DNA of 64,000 nt from NCBI RefSeq assembly GCF_009914755.1, contig NC_060927.1; one strand, given 5' to 3'. Of the stretch, positions 12,501 through 28,025 are shown piece by piece. The notes under the pieces are model-generated. The model made no database searches. It saw only the letters and a list, made by a program, of their open reading frames with translations, and had not been told where the DNA came from. A program made the translations under genes and the position numbers. Origin of the DNA: the human T2T-CHM13v2.0 reference genome, Homo sapiens. Position 1 is the first letter of the stretch. Every line of letters begins with the position of its first letter.

Positions 12501-15500
12501 CCACGCACAGTAGAATTTATGGCTCCTTTATAAGTGTTTTCAATGACTGATTCCAATCAATGCGAAGAATATCTTTTTCATTAGGTGTATCGAAAACAAT
12601 CTTAAGTTCTCAAAAGCTTGTGAGGGATCTAAAGTAAACCTGAAGACTCTGGGAACCAATAGGGAGATTTTCCCAAGATACTCAGTGTTTGCCCTCCTTC
12701 AGACCAACAAACATAGTATGAAGAGCTCTTATTGCCATGTGAGTAAAATAAATGTGCATTCACACACATGAGAACAATGAAAATATAACTGTTGGCTTAA
12801 CTAAAGTTTATAATGATAAACTTAAAAAAAAAGATCCAGCTTTGCTAGCTTATGAACCACAAGTCTGCTAATGGGTGGTAGTTGAAAAAAACTGGAGAGA
12901 AATGTGTGTGTCTGTGTGTGTTGGGGGGAGGGTATTGGATGTATATGCATATATTTCCTCATCTACAAAGTATAGATAAAACGCCATTTTTATATAGAAA
13001 TTTAAATAAGCTAACTTTGTAAAAGTTCTTAGTAGAGTGCATAACACATCTATCAACATTTTATAAATGGCATCTCATTGTTGTTATAAATGCTTTCTCT
13101 TTTTTCTTGACTTTACATCCATTTTTCTGTAATTGGTAATAGGAAACAACATTAAGATGCCCATGACCTCATCATGACCTTCAGGGTAAGATATAAATGT
13201 AGACGTGTAGGGTCTGTAGCAGTAAAAAGGAAGCTAACTCATTTTCTCAAGGGATAATTCAATAAGATAAAGAGTCTCAAAGATTGAAATCTATGAGTCA
13301 TGATAAAATATGACTTCTTAAAGCTGAAATGAAATCTACAGATGATATAGTCAGATGATTCTCAATCTTTACTATGCAAAACATTATATTCTAGATTTCC
13401 ACAAAGTCTCTGGTGATACTGATGCTCTCTGTCCTGAGACCACATTTTGAGCGTGAGTGAGCTAATCAACACACTTGTTCTCAAAGGAAAATAAGGCCAA
13501 GAGAAGGGGGAGTCGCTTGCTCAATGTCACGGTAGATAGTGATCACTGACTTGCCCAAGAGGCTAGCAAGTGGCAAAGCTAGGGCTCAAACTAGTTTTCC
13601 AATTTATAATTAGATTCAATTAAAAAGAAATCAACTTATCATGGAGTAAGAACTTAAAGTATATATGTTGTAAATTCAGAAGGGTAGTCATTGAGTGGAG
13701 GGATTACTTGGTCAGGTATTTTCTATTATTAAAGTGTTTTAAAATTATTGCACAGGAGGTGGTTTATTGATGAAAAATTAGAAAATGTAAATAAGCAAAG
13801 TAAAATAAAGATTATCACTGCCCAAATTTAACTAAAATGTATTAAATCTGCTCTTATATATTTAGGTGCATATTCTTTTTTCTTTTACTTATATATACAC
13901 AATTCTTGTGTAAAAATGGGATTATATGCCAACTATTATTTCCCATTTCAATAACATACTTCCATAATCTAATTTTTAATAGTTTGATAATATCCAACTA
14001 TGGGAATATACTATAATTTATTTAACTTTTGTTGTATATGTAGGTTTCTTACTGTTTAAATGTTTTAAACTAGAAAAGAAAGTTACTCATTGGCTCCCTG
14101 AGGCAGGATATTGCTCAATTTCTCCAGTGCCAGGAGTAAGCAGCCGATGCCATAATCAGAAAGAAGTTCAATTATATGAATTACAAATTAGATTTACAAA
14201 GAGGTGACTGACACATAAATTAATTATTGACCAACAAGTCAATTTTAGCATCATAACCTCATATATTAGACCACATCACTCAATACTGGATCACAAAAAA
14301 AAGTATATCTGGCCCCTTAAACCTCTTGTATTCTTTATGGGTCACTCTGGGATGTTACTTCCTTTCCTCAGGCTTCCAACCTATTATTTATTTTCTGAAA
14401 CTGTGTGCCTCTGACTTAGCTTCGGAGCTCCCAGCTAGAAGGGTCTTGAAGAATATTGAATCCAGAATCCAACCTTTGATGCACACAAATGAGGTATGAC
14501 TTGGTGCCAAGGTCAACAAGCAACCTCTGGGCCACGCAAGAACTAGAAGACAGGCCTGGAACCCAGGACCCTCGATGCTTTCCACCACATCCCACTGCCT
14601 CTGACCTTGGAAAATGAATGAAAAGTCACAGAAACAAAGATCCAAACTACTTGCCATCAGTCTGCTTGGATAACCTTTTCCTTTGGTTTCAGTTCATCTG
14701 CTATTATTGCTTAGACGTATCTAAAAAAAGGCCTAGTGCCTTCTCTGAACAAAAGTACCCCTCAAGGCTAATAACTAGAGGTATATTATGATAATCTTCT
14801 TGGTTGTGGAGACTGATATTCAAAAGCAACTTCTTATGAAAGGAACAATACTTAGTCCACATGGGGAAAGATATTTTTAAACTCTCTGTAGGACTCTATA
14901 TTTGCAGATACCTTATCAGAAAGTTGAAAGCGATTTGGGATGGGGAATTATCTCTAAATTTATACTCGAGAATGTAAATTACATACAAACTAATGGGACT
15001 AAAACTATTTGATCTTTTAATATTTAATTAATGGTTCCCCGTGGCGTTTTTATAGTCTGTGTTCTATTGTGAGCAACGAGATTTTAATAAGCAGGTTCAG
15101 GACTTTCCATTGTGTAGCAAGATGTCATTGCTTCCATGACACTAATTTGGCTTTCATACTCTCTCTCTTTCCCTCTTCTCTTGCTATAGGGTTCCCTGTG
15201 TCTTGCTTTCACATTGGGAACAAATAAATATATTAGTTGTATTGTTATTGCCTGTGTGGGCTTCTTTCGGGTGTAGAAAATAGTTATCTCACTGGGCAAA
15301 AGGTTTCTTGACTCCTTCCAACCCTGAAATCCTGTGAAGATTGTAAAAAAGATGATTTTTTTTTTCTTTATGAGAGCAGAGGACTAACCACAATGAGATA
15401 CGATATATTCCCTTCATTTTCAGGTAAAGACAAATTTGCTTGGACTTTAAAAATCACATCTGATTTAGAGCTGATTTTCTTACTTTATGTGTTCATTGCA

Positions 15501-17344
15501 AAGTGACTGCAGTCTGGACATGACAAGAGAGACCCAAGTGTCTGAGTCTGCAGAGACATTCTTTTCTATACCACTCCTGTTTAGCTAAGGAGCTCATTAC
15601 ATCGAGAAAAATTAGCACAGACATGGACATTGTTTGTGTGACAACTGGCCCCAGGCTAGTCTAGCTCAAGGAAATGTAAGGAAACAAACACATATGTTTT
15701 CAAAATTCCCCCAGTAGGTTTGCTTTGACTAAAACTATTCAGTGCTAGACTGTAAAAGACAATATTGCCTGTTACGCTGTGTCAGATGATGTGTACATAT
15801 TATTCCACTGTATTTCCCTGTTTGTCTTAGGCTGCATGATGTCTCAGAGCTGATTATTCAATTACAGTAAACATTTGATCCCCAAATTCTGGTATAACTA
15901 TTTTCCTTCTATCTGATATCAGCCATAATGAGAATGATGATAAAGATTTTTATTAATCAGTATTTACCATTTTATATGTAATAATATAATATATATAGTG
16001 TTTTGTAGCATGACTCAGTTACAGTTGTTATCTTCTTCATCTAATAAATGAGCAAACTGATGTACGGAATGACAAAATGGTGTATAATGGATCCTCATAA
16101 GAAAGGCTGAGATTTACACCTTGATGTCCCAGACACAAGTCAATGTATTTATACTTTCATATTATATTTGGCACTAAATGACTAAAGTTAACTTATTATA
16201 GTAACTATAATAGTAAGATAGGGGAGAGTACAATTCTGTATCTGGGTATATTTTCCTTCTGTGTTCTATAAGGGCTTGACCTACATTTTTACCAAAGATA
16301 AGAACAGCACAGTGAGAAGACTGATAGAACTCCAGAGGCTACCAATTCATTCTGTAAAGAACATGCTTTATTTTTTGTGTCTGACTTTTGAAAAGGTATA
16401 CAGCAAAACATCACCTTCATCTTCTGTCTTCATCACATTCGTTACTACCCATAGGGAACCAATGTTAATAGTTTCTATATATCCTTTAAGAGTTACTTTA
16501 GGCATATAGAAGCAAACATAAATATTTGTTTTTATTCCCTCTCCTCCTTTTTATGCAGAAAATGGCATATTTCACCTTCTCTTCTGTTCATTTTTTTCTT
16601 TCATTTGATAATACCTTTAAAAATCTTCCCATATTAACACAATTTTCTTCACACTTTTTATAACTTCATCATATTGTATTGTATGAATGTATCCTATAAT
16701 ATATATCCCTAGTCCTTTATTGAGAGATGTTTGCGGTTTTTTTCCAGAAATTTTTGCTATCCAAAAATAAGGCTGCAAAGAACACTTTATAGATATGTCA
16801 TTTTGTATATATGCAAAAATTTCTTTAGTATAATTTCACAGAAGTGAAAATATGGATCAAAGGATAGATCATTTTTCATTTTGATAGGCTTTGCCAATTA
16901 TTTTCCATAAGCGAGGCAAATAAGGTTTTAAAAATTCTACATGATTATACTCATCTTCACATATCCTTGGCAAAGTGCCTGGCATAAAAGCATTCAATAA
17001 AATGCTTATTTTAGGATTATTTCATGACTCTTTACTTAACAATTTTTTCTTCTGAAAAATATTAGTCTCACTACTCAGTTATATTTGTTGAGACCAAAAT
17101 TATGTGAATACAGGAAGAGAGACCCAAAAAAATACCCATGTTGTGTCATTAAAGAAAGTATTATTTTTGAGAGGACAAGTGGGACTGGAAGAGTCAGACT
17201 GCATCACAAAGAGTGGAGGTTGAGTGTAGGGAAAATTGTCATAGAATCCTAGGCAACTCCCCTCCAGAGTCATCTATTCCTGCCAGTGGGGTCACTGGAG
17301 GTGACTGACGTTGGCACAACCTTCTCTGTCGAAGTACATTTGAG

Positions 17345-17526
17345 CAGTGGTTCTCTTAGTACAGTCTCCACACCACCAGCAGCACCCAAGAACTTGTTAG
17401 AAATGCAAATTCTCAGGTCCCACCCTGGTCCAGCTGAATAAAAAACTCTGGGTAGAGTCCCAGAAATCTATGTTTTAACACATACTTTAGGTGATTCTGA
17501 CGGGCATTGAAATTTGAGAGTCATTG
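17345..17526. mobile_element. MER5A hAT-Charlie MITE
   Basis: CAGTGGTTCTC...TTTGAGAGTCATTG termini, internal GAACTTGTTAGAAATGCAAATTCTCAGG. Confidence 0.85.
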
Positions 17527-18083
17527 AGCTAAAGAGTCTATGAACTTACTAGAACAGATGACAATCAATCTTTAAGCTAAGGTTGGGCCTATAAGTAGTA
17601 ACACCTGTTTGGGGAAGGAAGCAGAAAATGAGGTGAGGAGACTGAAAGAGTGTATCTCCATGAGTCAGCTAAAATTTATTGTCAGAGCATTGGAAGAAGG
17701 CTATGTTGTTTTTTATTGACATGTGCTCTAGGAAGAGAAAAAAGGTTTAATTTAAAAATGTACAGATTCCTAAAGGCTTTGAACTTTATAATGCTTGTTT
17801 GGGAAAACTGTTCCTCTGAAAGTGGCTGTCTTCATTTATATAATTAAATCTGAGTAAGATTATAGAAGATGGGGCCTAGATCACTTTTTCTCTACCCAAG
17901 GAGAAAAGCTTACCAGAGTTCAAGAGTAAGTTTTCTGGAAGGCAGTTAGGCATACAGGCAACTGCATAAACTATATCCTTTGTGACCAGCTTTCCGGAGG
18001 AGCTGCTGGAATATACTAACTAATCATAAGCGCGAAGTGGGCTAAGTCTGCTCTAAACTAGGTATTTTCTCCTTTCCACACAG

Positions 18084-18175
18084 CCGGGGGCCATTGAGAC
18101 TGCCATGGAAGACTTGAAAGGTCACGTAGCTGAGACTTCTGGAGAGACCATTCAAGGCTTCTGGCTCTTGACAAA
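18084..18175 (+). CDS. TPRG1: TPRG1 second coding exon (92 nt; PGAIETAMEDLKGHVAETSGETIQGFWLLT + AA)
   Basis: Acceptor ttttctcctttccacacag|CCG, donor ACAAA|gtgagt; continues the frame of the previous exon (phase 0 in, phase 2 out); missed by the ORF track. Confidence 0.95.
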
Positions 18176-20912
18176 GTGAGTAGTCACAGCTAAGTGAAGG
18201 GCCGTGGAAATACAGCGTTTTCCTTGACATCACTGTAGCAGAATAGGAGATGGACCTGTGGTAGAATTTCTCTGGTTGCTACATAAGATAAATGATTGAA
18301 TTACCAGGTTAGTCACATTTTCCAGCATTCCGTGGCTGATGATATGACCAGATATGACTCCTATACCTGTTTTCTGGGCTGGTCCCCTCACTCAACCATC
18401 AGTACGTCTACCTTAGGTCAGGCCTGTATCTCCACTCTCAAAGACTGTTATATTGGCTTCCTAATTCTCTCATTCTAATCTCTTATTTAAAAGCACTCCC
18501 CCTATAAACACATTGAACTACTAATCATCTCATTCTAGGTGTCATGGAAAGAAAGTCTGGGAAAGAATATAGATAAAATCAACATATATACTTTGAATTT
18601 GATCTTATATACAATCATGAACAGAAAAACCAGGGAAATCATGAAGATAGCTAAGTCAGGTACATTTCCAGAGTTAGGATAAAAACCAAGTCGAACATTC
18701 AAGCCCTTATTGCTTCAATAACTGCCTGCATTCCCCCCAAAGATTATCTTATCCATAAGAGCTTTGCTTGCAAATACCACCACAAAGATGGTTACCTTTC
18801 TAGCCTTCTCAGAAATTCTGTTGTTTGTGTGACCATCTCTTTACCCGCCAAGTAAATATTAGTAATACCATGGTCTTTATAATAAGTAAAATATCCCTAT
18901 AATAAGAGAAAAGGCAATTTTTTTTTACTACGGAAGCCTTAATATTAAATAGATAATTTGATTAGACTACCCAGTTCAGATACTTGATTAATTCAGTAAG
19001 TTCTGTTTTCTGGCCTGGTAACTTGATCACAAAAGGGTTCAGCAGAGAAGCTCTGTGATTCCTATACCTTGAGTAAATAATCATTAATCTTTAACTGCTG
19101 GGCAGGATGTCTTGTTAGACTAAGTTTCAGGAGGGCAACACTTGAATGTTTTACCATCCAGGCCAGCAGAACAAATTTTTCAATCAATGGAAAGTAGAGC
19201 CATTATCACCTGTGAGTTCATCTGATTGCTCACCATTTTATACTATTGTTTCAAATAAATAAAAATGAACTCTTAGACACCAACTTATCTGTTAATTTTG
19301 GGTTTTTGTTTCTTCATGCATAAAATGGAGATAATAGTATGTATCTGAAGAATTCTTGAGGCCCAAATGAGATAACGTTGGTAAATTAGCAAAATGCCTA
19401 GCACATGGACCTTCAATAGCTGTTAGTGCCCCTCTTCGTTCACAAGTGATAACTATTAGTAAGAGGCTCTTTCTTTGTAGCATCTTCCTTCATTTCTATA
19501 CTATCCATCTCTGTCATTTCTGGGTTACCTCTAATGAAAAGAAAACTCTGCAATTCAGGCTTTTTCCTAATTCACTTTTACCAACACGCATTTCATTTCC
19601 CACCCCCACTTCCCATCCATTGTGATATTTGACTTCTGCAAATGAATATTCTGCCTTGATTAGAATAGGTGTCAACATAGATTTTGGAGATCCCATCAGT
19701 AGCAAACACTTAACTAATCTGTTTCTACACTGCATCTCCCTTACAAGAAAGAATACACAAATGCGGTATTTCTAAATCTAGTCAAGGCTGTTGTTGAGTT
19801 CTCAGATAATAGAACTGGTAATTTCTTTAATCTTGCACATTTTAATTGGTTTTATTTATATAGAAATATGCTTTTTTTGTTTGCTTGATTATTTTTATTC
19901 AGTGATTATAAAGATGTGTAGACATAAATTGTCCAAAACTAAGTCAGACTGCATGAACTATATTGAAGCTTAGCACTACAATTCTGCCTGCTTGATTTAA
20001 CATCAACTACAATGATTGGTAACACCAGTAGTTTTCAGAAAAGTATGAACAGCTGTCCCCCAAAGAGCCAAACTTTGAACCCAGCTTGAACCTAAATAGG
20101 AAGCTCAAAAGTTGGTAAAGCCTATCTAGAAACTCATTTTACATTTCTCTTTTGTTTTGTGGTACCTATTTAAATTAACTACAACAATGAGGGATGAGTC
20201 CTGCATACACATAATTTCTTACTATCATATTTGCTTGTTTGCTTGCAGACTTTCTTCCTTTGCACTTTGGAACCCATCCATCCCCTTTAAATCGTAGTTC
20301 CTTGGTGTTCTTTTTGGTCTTCTCTCTGCCAAAAGCCTTTACCTCCTCTTCCCCATTAAAACCTACTTTCAGGAAAAGTTCTGATTTCAGTCATTTCTGC
20401 CATGGTGAGAATTTGACAGTTTATTTTCTTTGCTTGTTAAAAACCTCATCGTGGGTTCCGAGATGCATTATGCAATGGAAAGCGCTGCTAGTTGTAAAGA
20501 CCATGGTTCAGGCATCTGGTCCAAATAAATGAGGTTCCTAGTCTAGCCACTGTTACTTTTCAAGCAGAAAAATAAGAAAAAATAATTGTCAAAAAGAGGA
20601 GCATTCATGGAGGATTTAAATGGCCTTTCATATTTAAGCCTTTTTGTTTGTTTGTTTGAAAATTCTAGCACACCAAGGCAGGGAAAGGCAAAAACAACAA
20701 CAATGAGAACACAAAAACAAAAATCCCAACTCCCCCAACAGCAACCACAAAACAAAAAAACTAAAGAAAATAAACAAACATGCAGGCCCAGAAAGGTAAG
20801 AGCTTGCAATTACTCCTGGCTTCTTGCTTCCCATTTATTTAGTTCTTATGAATTATAGGAGCTGTAATATGGACCAACTACCCTAGCCTCACCAACCACA
20901 CAAGATTCTCTC

Positions 20913-21207
20913 TTTTTTTTTTGAGACGGAGTCTCGCTCTGTCACCCAGGCTGGAGTGCAGTGGCGCAATCTCGGCTCACTGCAAGCTCTGCCTCCCGGG
21001 GTTCACACCATTCTCCTGCCTCAGCCTCCTGAGTAGCTGGGACTACAGGCACCCGCCACCACACCCAGCTAATTTTTTGTTTTTTTTTTAGTAGAGATAG
21101 GATTTCACCCTGTTGGCCAGGGTGGCCTCTATCTCCTGACCTCGTGATCCGCCTGCCTCGGCCTCCCAAAGTGCTAGGATTACAGGCGTGAGCCATCGCG
21201 CCCGGCC
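20913..21207 (-). mobile_element. AluY-like element
   Basis: TGCAAGCTCTGCC, CACCATTCTCC and CCTCGTGATCCG diagnostics, CpG-rich; TSD AGATTCTCT. Confidence 0.95.
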
Positions 21208-23228
21208 GAGATTCTCTTTTATGTATAACAAAAATGACTGAGCTTCATGCATATTAACTTTTAGCTCATTCCATGGAGATGGGACACTCCTGGCTGCTTG
21301 TCTAGCAACAGGGCTGCCTGTCTAGCATGCCTGGCTTTGGAACAAGGATTCCCATTTCAGAATGATGAGAGTAAAAGCCCTTTTACTGTGTATAGCACAT
21401 GTGAAATGATTTTCACATCTGTGAACTTACGTTAGCTTCACAACTTTGTTGGTTTTATGATTCCTGTTTTATAAACGAGAAATGTGGGCTGGAGAACATG
21501 AAGTGCCCAAATGAAGAACATATAAGTGACAGAGCAAGGAAAATAGACTGCACTCCTGCATTCGTCTTGAGGCTGATTGGGTTCTAATTCTTTCCAAAGA
21601 TGCAGGTGTGAGTTGATTGATGAACTCAGCTCAGTCTTTAGTCATATTTGATCAACTCCTAGAAATAGTTTGATGTAGGAGGGCAAGGTGGGAATTGTCA
21701 AGAGAAGAGACTGGAGAAGAGACTAAGGGCCTTTGCATCATGTTAAAGAGCTTAGATTCTATCCCATACGTGATGGGGAGGCACTGAAGGGTTGAGAAAG
21801 TGCAATCAATTTCCATTGTATAAAGACCACTATTGGCCCTCAACCTTTCATCTAAAATTGTTGGGACTAGATGTGAATGAGAAATGAGAATTTTTCAGAT
21901 TTTAGAAGAATAAAACAATGCATATGTTGTTTATTTTACTAACGTTAAGTTGGTAAAGCCATTTTCCAAGGAGTAGTACTCAAATTAATTCAGGTAAGCT
22001 GCTTTGTGATTCTCTAAATTGATATGGGCACATTATTCAGTAAAATCAGAAAAATAAGTTTGCAGGCACTTGGGAAGAGAAGACAAAGAAAATAAACAGA
22101 GAGTCCAAGAGGGGCACTGGAGAGAAGCAGCCCTAAACCTCAGCTAGATCCCAGTTTAGCTGACACCATTAAGAGAATTCTAATGAATCTCCGATTAGGA
22201 TTCAGGCCTCCAGGCGAGCTCATCCAGGACTGTTATATACATCTATAAAGACAAGATAGTGTTTATTTCCACCTTGCAGTTTCCTATTACCTTTCTTATT
22301 GGCCCTTCTGAAAAAAAAAAAAAAAAGATTATTTTAAAAAAACTATGTGTTTGCTTTTAGAACGGATCCATTAAGCCAGCACCAAGGAGAACATCTTGAC
22401 ACTTTATGGAATTTCAAAAAGTATGATATGATGGCAATAAAGTGGCTCTTCAGCAGAATGTACTTGAGGTGTCTTTGTCTACAATGGTTAAAGAGACAGG
22501 AGGAGACAGCATCTTCCCTCCACACACGTTAGTGTGAAGTGGTGGTGGGCGATTGTTGTTCTTAATTCTTCTTATTCCTCATTGAGAGTAGTTGCCTAAG
22601 GTATTTAAAAACCGGTAATTCTTGTTCTTCATCTTTATAAAAGATACTTAAAATATGTTTCATTATTCCCCCAACTCCACCTGGTGTCTATCCCAGGGCT
22701 TCGGTGTAATTAATATGTGAAATCGGACTGTCCATGTGGAACATATAGACGGTAGAATCAAAGTGAAGTTGAAGAGTCAGCCTGGTGTCATAGAGAAAGC
22801 ACTGAATTCACAATCAGAAGGTTTGGCTTTGAATCCTGGATCTACTACTTACTATCAGTAAAGCTGGGTGAACTTGGTTAGGGTTTGTCTTTTTAATTTT
22901 TTTAATTGGTGAATTTGTTTTAATATGTCCTTTTTTGTGTTAAGGTTTGCTTTAATATGCCCTTGTTTTAATAGTTTTTCCTCTGTTGTGCAAAGACTCC
23001 CCATTTAATAGGTCCTTTAGTTCATTAGATGTTTACTATTCTTGAAAGAAGCACAACCACTTTTAATTTTTGATATATATATATATAGTATATAATTCCA
23101 GCTTATTTTTATGTATTCTTGCCAAAAATTGTTACATATTAATAATGACATTTACTGAGCACTTATAAAATGCACCAAATGTTTTGATGTCCATGCATTT
23201 GTCTTTATGAATACAAGTGCGTATAATT

Positions 23229-23686
23229 ATTTTTAACTTTTATTTTAAGTTCAGTGGTACAAGTGCAGGTTTGTTACAGAGGTAAAATTGTGTCATGGGG
23301 ATTTGTTGTACAGGTTATTCAATCACACAGGTACTAAGCCCAGTACTCATTAATCATTTTTCCTGATCCTTTCCCTCCTCCCACCTTCTACCTTCAGGTA
23401 GGCCCCAGTGTGTGTTGTTCCCCTCTATGTGTCCATGTGTTCTCATCATTTAGCTCCCACTTATAAGTCAGAACATGGGGTATTTGGTTTTCTGTTCCTG
23501 TATTAGTTTGCTATGGATAATGACCTCCAAATCCAACTCCATCTATGTCCCTGCAAAGGACATGATCTCATTCTTTTTTATGTCTGCATAGTATTCCATG
23601 GTGTATATGTACCACATTTTCTTTATCCAGTCTAGTATTAATGGACATTTAGGTTGATTCTATCTCTTTGCTATTGTGAAAAGTGC
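23229..23686 (-). mobile_element. 5'-truncated L1PA 3' end (older primate, L1PA13-16-like)
   Basis: TTTTATTTTAAGTTCAG..GTACAAGTGCAGGTTTGTTAC reverse L1 3'UTR and ORF2 C-terminal sequence. Confidence 0.9.
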
Positions 23687-25278
23687 AAATGTATATAACA
23701 TTTATGATCTTCTCTAATTGGAACTTCTCTCAGTTTTTTCCTTTTATTTTTCCTGATTACCATATAGTTTTTATAAAGTTACTCAATCATTCACCTATTA
23801 TCAGATAATTACTCTCCAAACTGTCAATGACACACAAATGTAAGGGTTTATTATGATTCTTTCAAAACTGAATATCCAAGTAAGAAATATCTATCAGTGG
23901 GGCAGAGTAAGACTTTATGATTGGAAAGATAAATGAAACTATATGAAGCATCCCCATTTATTTTTGGCTATTTCTATAATAATAATATTTCTATAGCACT
24001 TTATAGTTTAAAAAGTCTCTTCTTCATTTAGATTAATCTTCACAGTAACAGTCTGAGGTAGGAAACATTACCGTCAGTTTATAAATGAGAGAATCTAGGC
24101 TCAGAAGAGTAGCACAGCTCTAAAGTTGCGGAAATAAGGCTCCAACCTGGTATGTTGTCCTCACTTTTGCCATAATAGCCCTTCCACTGTTGTGCAAAGA
24201 TTCCACACGTGCCTGAGTATTATATTGTAACCTTCAATGGCCAAGGGTTGCCTCTTTCATATTTGGCATTCCCTGAAGAGCATGCTGGATCTCCTCTGGC
24301 AAAAACTTATTTGAAAAACAGAGAAATGCTGTCTCTTGGATTTGGTGCAGTAAGTGGAAGTGTGAAGGGCATCTATGCTTAATTTAGAAAGATTCTGCAG
24401 AAGAAAGGGCTCTATTAGATCTTTAAATAAAAAGAAGGGCAGCCTGGGAGACAAAGGAACATTGAAGAATAGGTGATCAGGGACTGTTTTCCAGGCACAG
24501 GGTTGCCTCTTTAAGTATCCTGGTCCCCAAAGTGACACTGTGTGTGGTCGCTTTCACACCTACTATCCTATGCAATTCTCAAACAGACCCATGGGAGAAG
24601 GCAGGGAGGGACTATTGGCTTTATTTTACGGAAGAAGAAACCTAGAGATTAAATGACCTGCCGAAGGGCAACCACTTATTAAGGGTCACAGGAGGGCTTG
24701 ACTTCATGACACCTCTCTCCCAGGCCGGTTGTCTTCTCGTTACACTGCTTTTGCTGCCTTTTGTGATTTTTTTTTTTCATCTCCCAATACAGTGATCACT
24801 GCAGTTCAAATTGGTTAAATAATCTTTGTGCCTGTGTCTGTTTTCTTTGTTGATTGTCTTTTGTTTGCAGGGAATAGGATCAGGGGTTCATTGGGCAGGT
24901 TCAGGGACCTTTTCCTCTCCAGATCTTTCTCTGGTTTTTGCTGTTCATTTGACTTTATTTAGTCTTTGACCAGGAACAACAAAAAAGTCAAATGCCTGTA
25001 AGGGATGGTGGGCAATGCTGATGGACTAAAGCCAGTCACACGTTTACCTTGTCACAGTCTCATTATGTTATCAGGACTGCTAAACTAATCATATAATAAA
25101 AACACTACTACCAATAATTAAAAAGGAAAAAGGTTAAAAAAAACTGGAAATCAGAGATTTCTAATCCTTATTAAATCATGAGGAACTGAATGATAAAAGT
25201 ACTATGGAAACGACCATTTCGAAACTGCATTTTCTACTCAACCCCATGGATTTTTGTACGCGCTCATCTAGTCTAGAC

Positions 25279-25451
25279 CCCTGGTACTCAAAGTGTAGTC
25301 CTGAATTCAGCAGCACCAGCATCACCTGGGAGCTTGTTAGCAATGCTAACCCCTAGTTCTCATCCCAGCCAGGCCTACTGAACACAAATCTGCATTTTCA
25401 CAGGATCCCCAGTTGATTCCTTATGCACATTAAAATTTGAGAAGTATACTG
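25279..25451. mobile_element. MER5 (A/B) MITE
   Basis: CTCAAAGTGTAGTCC..CAGCATCACCTGGGAGCTTGTTAG..AATTTGAGAAG. Confidence 0.8.
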
Positions 25452-26995
25452 GTCCAGATCACTCTCATGTTCATGCATAAGAATTTCGGTGGGTTCTCAC
25501 TGCTTCCATATACGTCTGTTACATCCACAAGCCTTTGTATGTCATGACTGAGTTTCTTGCTCCAGCCTTACTTACCATTATGAGCCTTTACAAATTCTAT
25601 CAGTCAAATTGAACTGCCTGCTGTTTCCCCAAATTTCCGGTGCTATCCCTTGGCCTCATGATTGCACTCATCCCATTTCCTCTGTTTTGTATGCCTCTGC
25701 CTTGTTTCTGCTAACCCGGCCTTCTCCTGTCATTCAGGGATACCAAGTCCATAGAGCCTTTCCATATTGATTCAACTGGAATAATCTTGTCTCCCTTCTT
25801 TGTGCTCACATTATACGATAAAGTGTAGTTCATTGTGCACTTTGTGAAGAAGGCACTCCTTGAGGCAGGGCCTGATTCTGAGTCACTTATATTCAGCAAT
25901 CTCAGCCTAGTTCCCAGTGATTAGTACAGTGTGTGGCACATGATTGGGCTCAGAACTTACCACACGCTTGGCTCAGATTTGGTTCTGATCAAGTAATCCA
26001 CTGTATGAAGCCCTTGGCTGATACTAGCAGGGTCCATCCGTTGTGTCCTGCCTCCGTGTCCATGGGCCTCCAAGCAACTCAAAGCCCAGTAAGACTTGCC
26101 TCTGTCTTTGGGTGAAAGCATTCAGGCTAGAAAGTGCCTCAAATCTATCAAGATGTTAATGACCTGTGGCAGGACTCTGGCAGCAACAAAAGCATCTCTC
26201 TTGCCAGAATCCATTTATACTGGGTGGGTGTTTTTGACAACCACTTAATTAAACACATTGCTTTTCTCTATAAATTCACCATGGCAGCAACCTTACCCTG
26301 ATAGCTAATGGTCTCTGAGTGACCTGCATTATAAGACAGTGAGGGCACTTAGTTGCTACAGTCACAAATGTACTTGGAAGTGTTTATTTTCTCATGACTG
26401 CTACCAATTAGGGAGGACTCAGAAAAAGTCAAGAGGTGAAAGGAGTCTAATGCAGCGAAATGCCTAGCTACATCAGTTACAAGCTATCTGGCCATGGTTG
26501 TACAAATCTCTTATGTCCTCTGGGCCTCAGATTTGTGATCTATAAAATAGGGATCTTAAGAGCGTTATTTCAATGATTGCATTACTTAATAATGTACAAT
26601 GCTTATGACAGTTTTTTGCCATATGTTATGTCATGTAAGAGTTGGCTTTTAATTATTATTATTAGTAGTAATATTTATTTATATTCATTCATTCATACAT
26701 TTATTTATTTTTTTACTGAGTTCCCTCTGTAAACCCAACTCTGCCCTAAGTGATGAAAGTACAGGGATAAATAAGACACAGTTTCTCTCCTCAAGGTGCT
26801 CTCAGTCTTGTGAGAAAGACAGACATGTAAACAAAGTCACAACAGAGTATGATACATACTGATATATGGCCCTACAAATGATTCCACGGGAACATAAAAC
26901 TCACTGTGTATTGTTACATTAGGTAAAGAAGACATCAAGATTTTAAAAGGAGGAGGGGTTTCCAAAAGAAATGATGGTATAAAACATTCCTGGAA

Positions 26996-27384
<389 letters not shown>

Positions 27385-27696
27385 TTATAGTGAGCAAGAG
27401 TGAGAGAACTAGAAACAAGCTAGAAAAATAGGAATGAATGAGAACGTAAAGAATTCTGAATGGTAGCCTAAGGAGTTTGGATCATATTCTCTTCTGGAGT
27501 CACAAACTGGGGATCCATAGGCCATTTCCACTCTGGTCCGTGTTTTTTTAAATTTAATTTTGAATGCCTTCAGAAAGGCTGTGTGCTCCCAGCTTTGCCA
27601 ACACATTGCCACTGCCCACTGCCTTACACCAGCCCCTCTTTATTCTCTAACACAGTGTGCAATGGTGCATGGGAACCAGCTCTTACCCCTTCATGA

Positions 27697-28025
<329 letters not shown>

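Noticed and set aside
16194-16212. AT-rich palindrome TATTATAGT-A-ACTATAATA
   Set aside because: Short and AT-rich; plausible by chance in this base composition
20543-20858. Overlapping ORFs on both strands with K/Q/T-rich content
   Set aside because: Low-complexity A/C-rich sequence, non-ATG starts, no splice support
21293-21332. Possible full p53/p63 response element (CTTG, CCTG, CATG cores)
   Set aside because: Core spacing is 5 bp or otherwise wrong for two adjacent decamers
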